From the NCBI RefSeq assembly GCF_006345805.1, contig NC_043000.1, positions 86,800,001 to 86,864,000 on the forward strand: DNA of 64,000 bases, given 5' to 3'. The translations under genes were made by a program, and so were the position numbers. Numbering within the stretch: the first letter of the stretch is position 1; every line of letters begins with the position of its first letter. Shown in pieces: positions 14,420 to 27,165 of this stretch. This DNA comes from Octopus sinensis (lineage: Eukaryota). A model generated the notes under the pieces. That model saw only the letters and a list, made by a program, of their open reading frames with translations, ran no database searches and was not told the origin of the DNA.

Positions 14420-16410
14420 TATTGTGACTGATAACTTCAATAGACATGTTAGGCAGCATCTGGGTCAATTTTAGGGCAAACATGGAGGTTACAGCTTTAG
14501 TTCCAGTAATGCAAAGGAACAAAGGCTGCTGGAATTCCATGATTTCTTGATCCGCAGTATTAACTTCAGAAAACTAACAAGCCAGCCACCCGATCACCCA
14601 TCAATCTGATGGGCACACAAACCAGATTGACTACATTCTCACTAGAAAACAAGATAGGCAGACTCTTGTGAATTGCAAAGTCCTTTGTGGGTGAAGAATA
14701 TACAACCAAATATAAGTTTGTGGTTTGTGACTTCAGAGCTTGAAGGACCCACAGACAAAACCCAGTCTCTAAAAAAAGATATGGAAGCTTCAAAATCCAG
14801 CACAGTCCAAAATTTCAAGATATTCTAATTGAAGCATTTGACAAAAAGAAATATAGAAGGCGACTGGAAACTCTTATGGGACAACCTATTGAGGGCCACA
14901 GACTAAATTTATGGCTGGTGAAAAGTCCTAACCAAACTGATGGTGATGTGGTGGTGGTTGTGGGACAGTGAGGGAGACTGAGGTAAAAAAAGTGAAAAGA
15001 GTGGCAAAAATGGAGGCAACAGAAAATTATACCAGGTAGCCTGAAGAGAAGCTAGGTGTCAGGTTTACACTGCAAAGGAAGAGGATTACCAATGTTCTAC
15101 AGCATGAAGATCAGATGTGTAAGGTGTCCTGGGTTGTAAAACTGTGTATCAGAGAAAAACGAGACGAAGGTAAGAAATATGTGCAAATGGATAAAGATAC
15201 ACTTGCACTTAGTGATTCTAAAAAGAAAGGGACATGGAATGGAAGTACTACTATAAATGATTACTAAATATGGATGGAGAATGTATGGGAGGAAGAGGGT
15301 TTTCCCAACATGAACAAACTAAAGGAACTAGCTATTTTAGTTGACCGCAAAATGAAAGATAAAGCAATTAAAAATATAAAGGCAGGGAAAGCTCCTGGTT
15401 CATCACTGAGATGTTTAAAATATCTGGCAGGTAAAATGTATCCTAGTTAATCATGTAAATCAGGTTGTACAGCAAGGGGCCATACACAATGACTGGCGTA
15501 GCAACTATCATATACTGGTAACCTCGTTTGTATAGCAGAATATGTAATAGAACTAGAAAAGAAATTCCAGGTGGGGTAGCAAAACCAGGAATCAATGGGT
15601 TTTCAAGTTAATGGAGCAGAATCCAAACTTCTAGCAAGCAGGAAAATAGGACTATTGAAGTAAACAGCCCTGCTTGATATGTACAATGCAAACTATAGAC
15701 ACACAAGTGGTACACTGGAATCACAGGAAGCTTAACAGAGAAAGTAGACTTCATATGTGACAGATGTGCCAGAGCAATAAACAGAAGTAAAACGAATTCT
15801 CTCAAATGCTCAAGAGATCCCGTAGGAGTATAGGTAGTTTTTTTTTTTTTTTACTTTGTGACCTAATTAGTAGTAAAGGAGTATGTTCTAAAAGTATAGT
15901 TACTAGAATATAAACCAGCTAGAGAAAGTTCAGTGAGTTATTGTGACTGTTGGTAACAAAAGGCCTTTCCCTCAGGTGAAATACAGAATGTAAAATGACA
16001 CTTATGTACAACCAGCAATGCTACATACGAATGAAATGTGAACTGTAAATACAGAGTACATGTAAAGACTAGAAAGAAAAGAAGCGAGTATACTTTGATG
16101 GAAGTGCAACATCAATATACATGTATGATAAGATGCAAATGTATTGAGAGAAAAATGAGCATGAGAAGAATCACATGTAGTGTACAAGAGAGATTACACT
16201 GATATGAACATGCAATGTAATATGGATGATGGAAAGCTGTATAAAAAAATGTCGATCACTTAAAGCGGATGGAACTTGCTGAAGAAAGAGACCCAGCAAA
16301 GCATGTGATGAAATAGTGAGGGCTGATCTCAGGATGTTGAGCCTCATATTGGAGATGACAAGTGACCAAGATGATTAGCATTTAACTGTGCTTAATAAAA
16401 CTTGTCTGTC
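14420..16410 (+). mobile_element. Decayed RTE-clade LINE (APE endonuclease, RT, C-terminus)
   Basis: Fragments NFNRHV...KHGGYSF...QRLLEF, NQIDYILTR, KAGKAPG, and a Cys-rich segment near 15670-15770. Many stops and frameshifts. Confidence 0.75.
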
Positions 16411-17684
16411 ACAGTGATAGTGAGGTCATAAAAGCAATATGTTTGTGTCTAATCATGCACTAGGCTCTGCCCTGCACCCAGTCTGTCCCAAACAAGCTTT
16501 CCCCACCTCACATCATCTTAACACCCATCTCATTATCACTCCTCTAATAATGGTATTATTCATCTGCTGTAATCATGAATTTATATATATTTCTTTCCCT
16601 TTGTACTAGTTGTTTCTTCCCTGCCTGGAACCACTTTCTTTAACATCTATCCCTCATCGTCAATATCATTCCTTCCCCACTTCAATTTTCCACTGATCAC
16701 CCCTTTCTGTGTCTCCAGTTATCTCGCCCTCTCCACTGAGCTTCATCATAGAACTGCCATATTTCATCTTTAACACTCTCTCATATTTGCTATCATACTC
16801 AACACCCTCTCATATTTACTGTCAATGTCTCCCCCACCCACCCATACACACACACACCTTTGCTCCCACTCATTATAGTCACCACTACATGCTACCATCT
16901 CTGTCCCTGTACATCTCTCCCCACTCCAACTCTCCCACCTTGCACATTATCATCCTTTTTTTTTATCTATCTACAGGTTTATTATATTGCTGCTCTCCAT
17001 CCTTCCTGTACTGCCACTTAGTATCACTTCCTTCTTGAGTTATTCCTTTTATCCCCCACCACCATCATCACCACTATATTGTTTTTACCATCATTGACAC
17101 TTCCATTCTTGTACATCATTCACTACATCAATCTCTACCCCATCTCTAACCATCTGCCATCCACCTCTCACAACTCCTATGAACTTACCACCCACACTTT
17201 CCTATACTCAGTCCATATTCTTTCATATATTCACTTTCTTGTACCTTGAGAGTATGCTTTCACCTCATAAATACCTTTATCTTCTTTCCAACTTCTACCC
17301 ACTCTTATATAATAGTCAAGTGGGGTAGTCATGTATTTCTTCTATGGCGAGAGACCTGTGCCTGTCTATCTATCATACTTTAGTCTCTCAACACCTTGAA
17401 TAATGTCACCTCTACTACAACCCTATGAAATTGAGTGGCTTCTTTTCCTTTGCCTTGTGAGTTACTTTGTGACCTCATTAATGTTGGGAGTCACAAAAAA
17501 CGCACCTAGTACACATGGTGAAATGGTTGGCATAAAGAAGGGCATCCTGCCATAGAAGCTATGCCAAAACAGACACTGAAGTTTGATGTAGCCTTCTGAG
17601 TTGTTGGATCCTGTGAAACTCTCCAACCTATCCCAGTATGGGAGACGGATGTTGAATGATGATAATGTGTATGCATATGTATAT

Positions 17685-18526
17685 ATGAGATGATATCAAA
17701 AGGTTCCCGGACTAGTTATGTTTAATAAAATAACTTATTTACCTAACTTTTAACACCATCTCCTTTGAAATAGCCACATTGCACAGCAATATATTGACAC
17801 CAGCGCTCCTGCCACTTTTGGAATCCTGCCTGGAAGTTATTTTTTGTAAGTGAGTCGAAGGCCTTCTGCAATTCACTCTGGATCTCAACAATGGTGTTAA
17901 AACAGTGACCTTTGGGCTGCATTTTCATCTTGTGGAAGAGATGGAAGTCTGCAGGTGCTAAATTTAGCATTTAGGGTGGGTCTAGAAGTGATACAATGTT
18001 GTTTTTTGGTGAGAAACTCATGAGTGGGGAGAGCCTAATAAAGAGTCCAGTTCTTTGAGCTCCACACATCCAGTTGCTTTCACTGAATGTCCTCCCTCAA
18101 ACACTTCAAAACGTCGCAGAACTCTCGACTCATGTTCTGGCCCTGGAGGGTGAATTCTCGATGCACAATACCACATTTCTTGGGGTGACACCTGTGGCAG
18201 GTCTTCCAGATTGATCATCATCTTCCAGGGACATTTTCCCACTTTTGAAGTGCCTATGCCACTCAAAACACTGTGTACAATGCATTGCCTCATCACCATA
18301 GGCTTGCTGAATCATGACGCAAAATTTCATGTTGGTTCTTTGTTCCTGTTCATGACAAAATCACAGGCTATATCATACACGTAATCACAAATTTCACAAC
18401 TTGCAAAGTAAACAGTGATGTCATTCAGCACACTACCACATGAAGGTCACTACTAACTCTTACTGCGCATGCAACCATGTGCTATCATCAGTTGGTGCTC
18501 TACAGAACTAGTCCGGGAACATTTTC
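17685..18526 (-). mobile_element. Internally deleted mariner transposon
   Basis: TIR core gttcccggactagtt (~17703) / aactagtccgggaac (~18506). Transposase fragments on the minus strand: QQAYGDEAM...FEWHRHFKSGKMSLEDDDQSGRP (HTH) and LAPADFHLF...FQKWQERW...GYFKGD (C-terminal). Confidence 0.88.
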
Positions 18527-19526
18527 TTGCCACCTAGCATACAGCTCTCCACCGGGCCCACCTTGCTGTCCGCCACCACCGTATGTCTACCCTTCAGGGC
18601 TCCTCTCTCTTCAGCAATCATAGTACACACTCTTCAAAATTACCTCTATTGCCAACCAACACCTCCTCTTAACCTTTGCATCATGACCTACCCTTACACC
18701 TTCAGAATTCCCTCTAGCTTCATTTTTCCCTTGCTGTACACACATTTTCTGCCACCTCTCTGCTGCCTCCCTGTGATGCTTTCGCAGCATTCATATATTG
18801 CTACTCCCCATCTTCCTACTGGGATGGTACCCTCTAGCATCTACTTCTCTCCCAGCCCTCTCATCATTCTTTCTGTCTCAACCCCACCACACATTACCTC
18901 GTCTTTCTCCTTCTCATCTAGCTCCATGACTTTGCACACCTCTCTTTCCTAGACACAACGCACTTTTCAAATCCTATTCTTTTGTAACATTCTTACATCA
19001 CATTCATTACTACTTTAGAAATAGTAAGAAATAAGAATGTCTTATGTATTTAATTCCTGAAAGTTTGGATTCCATCGTCAGTGTAGGTAAATTATCCCAA
19101 AGAATACCTACATTAATGCACCTTTAAATTGCTTCTTTTTTTTTTACATCATTATTTTATCAAGTCTGCATGAATGTGATGGTTACTAAATCAACCATTA
19201 AATACCCAACCTTGTTTCCAAGCAAGACAATAATCTCCCACTCTAACAATCAACCCGGACACGTTACATGTTGGAAACTGGAAGCAATCAGTACCAGCTG
19301 AATGAGTCTTTACTTGTTTACGAGGATCGCGCCTGGACATGCTTTCGTAGTGGACTGCAAGCAAATAACACCGTCAGAAAACCATTATTTACAAACTGAC
19401 GAACGCGAGGGAAATACGAATTGGCACAAACGCACGTGAATATATACAGGCTTTTGTCTATCAAATCCACTCACAAGACTGTGGCCAGGAACTATATTAG
19501 AAGACACTTATCAAACGGTACTATGC

Positions 19527-19965
19527 CAAGGGTGGACCCGGGGCGGGGTGCTGAGGCGTACGTGCCCGCCTCAAGAAAAAAAGTGAGCCCTTCTAAATAA
19601 TGTTATTACTCCCTTTCTTCTGAAATTGTATTCTCTTCTGGGCATTCTTTCGATATAACTCGTCAAGATCAAAACACTTCATTTTAGGTATTTCCGTGGA
19701 AGCAAATGACACAGTTCGATTCTGTTTTCTGCTTCGAAATGTGTGTATCTTACATACACACATGAAACAGGTAAGAAGAAATATGCAAGGCTTTTTTCCT
19801 TCAAGTTTAGAATGAGACATTGCTGGCATAATTTCGTTACATCTATACTCCACAACCCATGGAAATACCCGAAGTGAAATGTCTCGACCTTGTTGAGCTA
19901 TATCGAAGGAATGCTCCGCTTCTGATCTTGTACCCTTCCTTCGAAAAATTCCTGGAACCGCGATG
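19527..19965. mobile_element. TIR element with 5-bp TSD inserted into a SINE
   Basis: tatgc duplicated at 19522-19526 and 19966-19970. Ends caagggtggacccgg / cctggaaccgcgatg. Internal inverted pair 19643-19700 / 19856-19913. Confidence 0.65.
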
Positions 19966-22462
19966 TATGCAGTGGGACTAAACCTGAAACTATGTGGTTG
20001 GGAAGCGAACGGCTTTGCTTGTGCCTATTTGTTTATTTCTTTAGAGAACTTCATAAAAGTAAAAGTATTTACCATCAGAATTTTTCGAGACCCTAAAGTG
20101 AAGGCTTTCCTATAATTTGAAACTATAGCAGGGAATGGAAAATAGTGGTTAGTAAAGTGTCTGCTAGAGACTTTAACGTACTCAGTGTAATATTTCCAGT
20201 ATTTAAGTTAGATCGCCCAAACATTTTGACTACATTTACAATCAGCGTGACCAAAGCATTATTAATTAGCCAAGTGTATCGAATGTTTATAAAAGAGAGA
20301 ACGATTAACAGCATGTACACGATACACATTTCAGCAAAATTATAGCCATCTTCAGCACTTTGCTCCGGATGACATAAGGATATAAAGCTCAATGAAGACT
20401 ACACATCATGCAGACGGAAGCCTATGAAGGTGTACTAAGCACAAGGAAAACTATATTTTGGGAAGTCATCGATGTGGTGTATTATTGCTGGTATGACATG
20501 TCGAGCGTAATAGTTATAGAATTTCTGAACTAACTGTAAGAATTTCTGCCACAGTAATTCTTCCAGCATTTTATTCATATCTCAGTTCTGATCTGTGCTG
20601 TCGGTATTACCGTTGAAATGAAAACGTGAACAATTATTTAACGATACGCTTATCTATGCAATAGTTAAAATAAACTTTACTCCACTCTAAAGATACTCAT
20701 ATTTTAAAATTTTCATTTCATTATATTCTCATCTCCCTTACTCCTTGTAATCTGGAAGATCTGAAATACAAACGACAGACTGGACAACTGCACGAGTGGC
20801 CGTTGTTTTCAGCTGGCCTCTGCTATCAGGTTCCTTTTTATTAAGAGAGCACGAATCACGGTTTATGAACACACATGTAAAGAGAAATATTCTCCGAAGA
20901 AGAAATACAACAGCGATCAGTACATTGAGGTTCGAATCTGCCAGAATGTATCAAGAATGAATAGATACGTTATTGTTAGTTTATTGATTCTCGCTGTTTT
21001 GTGTGCACCTTATTAATTAAATAACGTTTTTATTCATATAATAATTTTTTCTTCTTAACCTTGGTGCAGTACAAGTTTTAAAACCACCTTAAATTTATTA
21101 AACACAGCAATTTGTCAACCCCTCTTTTTCAATTCTCACAGCCACTCTCCCTTTTAAACCTTAGCAGAAACGTTGTCCTTGAGCAGACTATAACAATGGT
21201 GTCCCCTTCGACCGTCCTTTGCCTGACAAGACATAAGTACTGGTTGTGAAATAAGAGATTAAAACTTTAGTTTTCTTTCACACCAGTTTAACGTGCTTTT
21301 ATTTAAATTTTTATTTAATGTAATTATTTAACACTAAATACCTGTAATATAAATTATTATCTTAGGCAATCTTTCGGATTGCGTAAGTTCTGTGACACCC
21401 TCTTTTCTTGGTGCCCTCTTTGTTTTCAAGACAAAGTAAGGTTTAATCCGGCCTTGTTCACAGTAGTATAACGATTTTTTGTTTTCGATCTCATTCAACT
21501 TACGTCAGAGCTTGTTGATATAAATGTTCCTCCAATATTACTTGTGTTGACATCTATTAATTATTTAACCATAGAAATAAATCTTTGGTAAATTTTGGGA
21601 AGTACACCCCCACCCGTTTCACTAAGAAAAAAAATAATAACCTCGGATTTTTGCGTGGAATCAAGTACCTTGACTTCCTAATGTGCCGCAAACCCCTTGT
21701 TTTTGTTCGAAATAAGATGGGGTCGACCCCTCCCCCCATCCTGGAATCATTGGAAATTTTGGTGGGTAATGTTGACATTATTACCCGGAAACAAAATCGC
21801 AACAAAAAAAAAATAGTGCAACGGGTGTAAAAAAAAAAGGTGTAGGAAACGAATATGAAAACAACCTTAATTTATACGGCAATAAGAAAATGGAAGGGAT
21901 CAAGAGGTGGTATGCATTAACTTTTAGACATTATATTATGTCTATTTATTTATTAAAAAAAAAAACTATATATACACGTATAACATTATGCTTTACATAT
22001 ATAAATATACCAGTAATTATTAAAACATACCCTACTTTCTATGTTCTACATTATATATGTTAATAATTACTGGTATTTTTATATATGTAAAGCTTAATAT
22101 GCTGTATGTATATTGTTATAATTGTTTTTGTTTTTTTTAATAAATAATGTCTAAAAGTTGATGCCGTAAGGATTCGAACCCGTCAAAGGGATGTTTAGCA
22201 TCTAAGTTCCTGAGGAAAAGCCTAATTTGTGATTTTAAAAGCATTAAATTTTCCTCAAAATTTCGAGGGAAAAACTCGGATCTTGTGAATTTTCCGAAGT
22301 CCTCTCCCCCACCCTCTCGGAAAAGTTTTTCCCTACAAATTTCTTTATAATCGTAATCTATACCGTTTCAAAGATATTTATATAAAATTTCATTTGGAAA
22401 AATAAAACATTTTCCGAAAAGAGAGAAAAACATCGGATCTTGTGAATTTTCCGAAGGCCTCT

Positions 22463-23154
22463 GGATCTTTTCGGTTTGAACGGCAGTTTTTTTCTAGCGA
22501 TGTCATATGAAATTGTCACCCATAATTATGACCCTAGAATCGATCTATTGCATTTCAATCTCTTTTAGGGTTAGGGTGGGGGAAGGGTAACTTTTTTCTT
22601 CACAAATGTAAATAAACTCGGGCCGACCAAAGCCTTGTGAGTGGATTTGGTAGACGGAAACTGAAAGAAGCCCGTCGTATATATGCATATATATGTGTGT
22701 TTGTGTCCCCCTAGCATTGCTTGACAACCGATGCTGGTGTGTTTATGTCCCCGTTACTTAGCGGTTCGGCAAAAGAGACCGATAGAATAAGTACTGGGCT
22801 TACAAAAGAATAAGTCCCGGGGTCGAGTTGCTCGATTAAAGGCGGTGCTCCAGCATGGCCGCAGTCAAATGACTGAAACAAGTAAAAGAGTAAACCCAAT
22901 CTGTTTCTTAAACGAGGGACATATTCATACGGCACAGAATGCTTTTTAACTCAATAGACGTCACTGATTGGTTGAAATTGCAGAAATTGAAGAAAAAAAA
23001 ACAACAAATATCTTACAAACTATAGAATTTTCTCAATAAAGTCAAGAGAAAAAGATGTTTTATAAACAAACACATTCTAGCAGTATATGAAGTTTAAAAT
23101 TTTTTAGTTACATAGAAATTATGTTAAAAACTGCCGTTCAAACCGAAAAGATCC
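22463..23154. mobile_element. Non-autonomous TIR element with 8-bp TSD (Merlin/MULE-like termini)
   Basis: Perfect 29-bp TIR ggatcttttcggtttgaacggcagttttt / aaaaactgccgttcaaaccgaaaagatcc. TSD aggcctct at 22455-22462 and 23155-23162. Confidence 0.9.
22618..22895 (+). mobile_element. 5'-truncated SINE family 1 copy
   Basis: Same core and tail as 49437-49822, CpGs intact. Short taaac duplication at the ends. Confidence 0.85.
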
Positions 23155-23613
23155 AGGCCTCTTCCCACCGTGCATTGCTTTCTGGGGATTTTTGTTTTCA
23201 TACTTGTTTCCTACACCTTTTTTTTTTACACCCATTGTAGTATTTTTTCTTTTCCAATTTCGTTTCCGGATAATAATGTCAATATTAATCATTTTTTCAA
23301 TTTTTTTTTTTTTTTTTCATTGAATGAATTACAATGACCCCCTAATATGCCACAAAACACTATTTTTTGTCCGGAAAACGGGGGTTGGGTGGGTGGGAAC
23401 CCTTGGAAATACCCCCTTCCCCCCCCCCCACACACACACACATTTTACAGAAATACGTTTTCGAGAAGTGTGGATTACATGGTTTCTTATTAAATAAATA
23501 TTTACTAGTTGGTACTCTATGAATTAATGTGTTAACATTTATATTGTGTGTATTTTATGCCAAAAATATTTTTCTGAAGTCGTTGAAAATGAAATGTGTG
23601 TGTGTATGCATAT

Positions 23614-24014
23614 ATACAGGGTTTGGACAAAATAATGGAAACACCAAGCATCATAGCATCATAATTTTGAAATATCTATAAAACCATCAAAAGCTTGTTT
23701 ATTTTAATATTTTTTTGATTTATTATTAGTGTTGCTTAATATGTTTTGCTAAAGTTGTTGTTTCTTTTCAGATATCATCATCATCATCATCATTTAACGT
23801 CCGCTTTCCATGCTAGCATGGGTTGGACGGTTCAATTGGGGTCTGGGGAGCCCGAAGGCTGCACCAGGCCAGTCAGATCTGGCAGTGTTTCTACAGCTGG
23901 ATGCCCTTCCTAACGCCAACCACTCCGAGAGTGTAGTGGGTGATATTATGTGCCACCGACACAGGTGCCAGACGAAAGGTAATTAAAATTCATTAAAATG
24001 ATAGATCTATCGGA
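23614..24014 (+). mobile_element. Tc1-like 5' end interrupted by an RTE-type tail insertion (~23773-23975, minus strand)
   Basis: ta|cagggtttggacaaaataatggaaacacc is a Tc1-style TIR. The internal (CAT)n-ttaacgtccgctttccatgc block is the reverse of a LINE/SINE 3' tail also seen at ~1770, ~17640, ~57120 and ~58500. Confidence 0.55.
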
Positions 24015-24294
24015 CTTAACCACTATGCTGGCATAGTGGTTAAGAGCACGGGCTACTAACCCCAAGATTCCGAGTTCGATTCCAGGCAGCGACATGAATA
24101 ATAATAATAATAATAAACAGCATCAAAAAATACCTTAGGAATGAGAACCCAGGTTCAAAATTTCCCCAAAACACCTGATGAAGGCTGGAGGGTATATCAG
24201 CTGAAACATTGTGTTAACAACAAACAAGATGAGGACAAATATCCATCAATTGTAAATAATGTACATAATTCCTCATCTCTTAAATATAGAACTG
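24015..24294 (+). mobile_element. tRNA-headed SINE-like element with hammerhead ribozyme, copy 1
   Basis: A-box tggcatagtggttaag, B-box gagttcgattcc, (AAT)n, body, hammerhead 24170-24215. Has a 14-bp 5' inverted duplication (24015-24044). Colinear with 30651-30927. Confidence 0.8.
24170..24215 (+). ncRNA. Type I minimal hammerhead ribozyme motif
   Basis: aacac-CTGATGA-a-ggctg[gagggtatat]cagct-GAAA-ca-TT-gtgtt. Stem I aacac/gtgtt is perfect, stem II is ggctg/cagct, and stem III is probably an ancestral palindrome aacgtt that has CpG-decayed to aacatt. Confidence 0.7.
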
Positions 24295-25747
24295 AATTAT
24301 TTTCAAGTCGTTAATTTTCATAAAAAAAACTTTTATTTATTTATGGATAACTAAATTACAAGTATATAGTCAAATTTTTTGTATTATGTACCATTCAAAA
24401 CTTTTTATTCTTTATTTACTTTTGTTTTAAAATGAATGAGAAGAGAAAGTCAAAGATGTATGTATATGAAATGGACATGTGTGTATGAAAGAGAGAGAGA
24501 AAGAAAGAAGAAGAGAGAGCGAGAGTGAGTGAAGGGGTGTGTTGTCATGCATACATACATACATCAATACATATGCATACATCTTTTTTGTATGTACATG
24601 TGCATGTGTGTGAGAGAGAGAGAGAGACCATGTATGTGTAAGTGACACTCTCTCTCTCTCTTACACACACACGCATGTTCATTTTATCTTTCACTTTAAA
24701 CAAAAGTAAATAAATAAAAACTTTTTACGGAAATTAACGAACAAAACAAGCTGAACTGGATGTCAGTTCTGAGAGCCAAAGTGAAAGATCGCCCCAAAGG
24801 AAAACCATTACAAAATTTTTTCAAGTGCATTCAATATATCTCAGCTCCAATGATTTGGCTGCAGTTTCTAGTATGACCTGCTACCCTGTAACTGCTATTT
24901 GCGATAAAGGACCAGAAATACCTGTTACATAGTAACAGGGTGTTCAAGAAATAGCAGCCAAATCTTTCCTTTTCCGGGGAAAGGAGCCGTTTACGCATGA
25001 TTTTGATGTCACATTTGTTGAAAGCATGCAAAATAACCAGGAAAAGAAAAAAAAAAACCATGAAATGAAACTCTGTTCCTGGGTATACATATACATATAT
25101 ATATATACACATATGATGTTGATGATGACATATATATATATATATATATATATATCGACTACATATGTGGAAAATCGGTGTGTGTTTGTTTGTGGCGATG
25201 TTAGCTAACTCCTCCTCCATCATTTTATTGATTTTGGTGAAACTTGTCATGTGAGTAGAACTCATGTCTGAAACCTCAAGACATACTTAGATTGTTGAAA
25301 AAATCAATAATATGGCCCCTTGGAGGGATCTTTATATCTACCTCATATAACTAATTTTTTTAAACACTCAAGGGAAATAATCCATACCACCTGCACTTAC
25401 AGTTGTTAGTTTTTAGCGAAGCAATCAATATTTGATTCTCACGATCAGCGGACCTAATTCTGCATTTCACTACTCACAGTTTTCAACTGCCAAACTTTAT
25501 TATTGCACTTTCTTGATGCATGTACACTTTCAATGCCCATAACTCTAATAATTCTGCATTTTTCCAGTTAAAATTTTTCAATGACAGTACATAAATTTTT
25601 TTATTCCAGAACGTATTTAATAAGTGTGTCCCAATACAATGAACTCATACTTTGAATGCTGCTTAAATTTTTTTTTTTAAACGATATGAAGAACTCAGAA
25701 TGTTTTATTGAATTACATGTGAAATCTAATCATATATTTATAATTTT

Positions 25748-26110
25748 ACTTGTTTCAGTCACTGAACTGCAGCCATGCTAGGGCAGTACCTTGGAGGGCA
25801 TAGTTGAACAAATCAACCCCAGTATTTATCCTATTGATCATTTTACCAAACCATTAAGTTATGAGTATGCAAGTAGACTAACACTGCTTGTTAAGTGTGG
25901 TGGGGGACAAACACAACACAAAGACACACAGACATAGACAGACACACACACATCCACACAACAAGCTTCTTTCAGTTTCTGTCAACCAACTGCACTCACA
26001 GGCCTTTGATTGGCCTGGAACTATAGTGGAAAACACTTGGCAAAAGTGAGAATGAACCCTAGACCACATGGTTCGTAAGCAAGCCTCTTACCTACATAGC
26101 CATGCCTGCA
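25748..26110 (-). mobile_element. SINE family 1 copy
   Basis: Reverse complement of the family 1 head, core and tail (ttttacttgtttcagtca). Confidence 0.8.
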
Positions 26111-26879
26111 TTTATTACAGATTTTAAAATTCCATGATTCAGGGATTTTCGGGTTTGTGTTTCAGATTTTCTCTTTTAGAAATTAACAAGACTTAGAAAT
26201 GTCAATAAAACAAGATGTCTAGTCTGTATCTCTCTTTTTAAATGATAGTGATACATATATATATTTAGATCAATGGCTGTTAGAACAACTTCTGATAAAG
26301 TTGATTGAAAGCTATTATTGAAATCCAGTTATTTCTTTCAGTTGAAAAACCTACATAGCATTACCTCATTTATTAAAACTGGACTTAATCAGTCAATATC
26401 ATATTGTTTAGTTGTCCCATTGTTGTTATTCAGCTGTTGATAATCTATTGTTTACTGCAACATTAATGTTTTAAAGCATTTTTAGTATATATCAGTTGTG
26501 TTTTTAATGGTGTTGCTGTTTGTTTGCATAGAGCTTTGATCAACTATCGATATCACTGTAGTTACACACACACACATACATATATATGACAGTGCATGGC
26601 TGAGTGGTTAGGGTGTTGCACTCACAACCACAAGATTGTGATTTCAATTTCTGGGCCATGCTTTATTTCATCACATTGCTCTAGCCTACTCAGCTGTATA
26701 TGAATATGGCACTCCACTCAAAGAGAATGTTGACCTGCTATCCTAGCCAGTGGGAGTGGTATCATTTGAAAGCTACCACAATGTGAGGAAGCAGGTTTTG
26801 ACTAGTGGTGTATAACATCTGAGAGACTGGTTGATACAGTGATATATAAAATAATAAGTGTATATAGATATGTGTGTGC

Positions 26880-26881
26880 AT

Positions 26882-26919
<38 letters not shown>

Positions 26920-27165
26920 TGACCAACTGATTGAGACAAGCAGGCAGAGAAACTGACTTACTGAGACAGGCAGGCAGGCAGAGAAGCCAACCAACTGAGA
27001 CAGACAGGCAGATAAACTGAGACAGATTGACAGACTGACTGACCAAGGCAGGCAAGCAGGCAGACTGACCAACCAAGAAAATCAGTCAGATTACATCATC
27101 TTACTAGAATACAGGCAGGCAGACTGACCAACCAAGAAAAGCAGTTACATCATCTTATTAGAATA
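26880..27165. repeat. (CA)n followed by degenerate (CAGR/GACT)n tetranucleotide array and a ~55-bp direct repeat
   Basis: caggcagactgaccaaccaagaaaa...ttacatcatctta occurs twice (~27057 and ~27116). Confidence 0.8.

Larger units (their letters stand above)
21761..23293. mobile_element. ~100-bp-TIR element hosting nested insertions
   Basis: taatgttgacattattacccggaaac...ggtgtaggaaacgaatatgaaaacaa (21767-21864) is the imperfect reverse complement of 23192-23287. Confidence 0.75.

Noticed and set aside
16500-19000. Pro/Ser/Leu/His-rich ORFs 16709..17038 and 18527..18952
   Set aside because: Pyrimidine-rich low-complexity repeat sequence.
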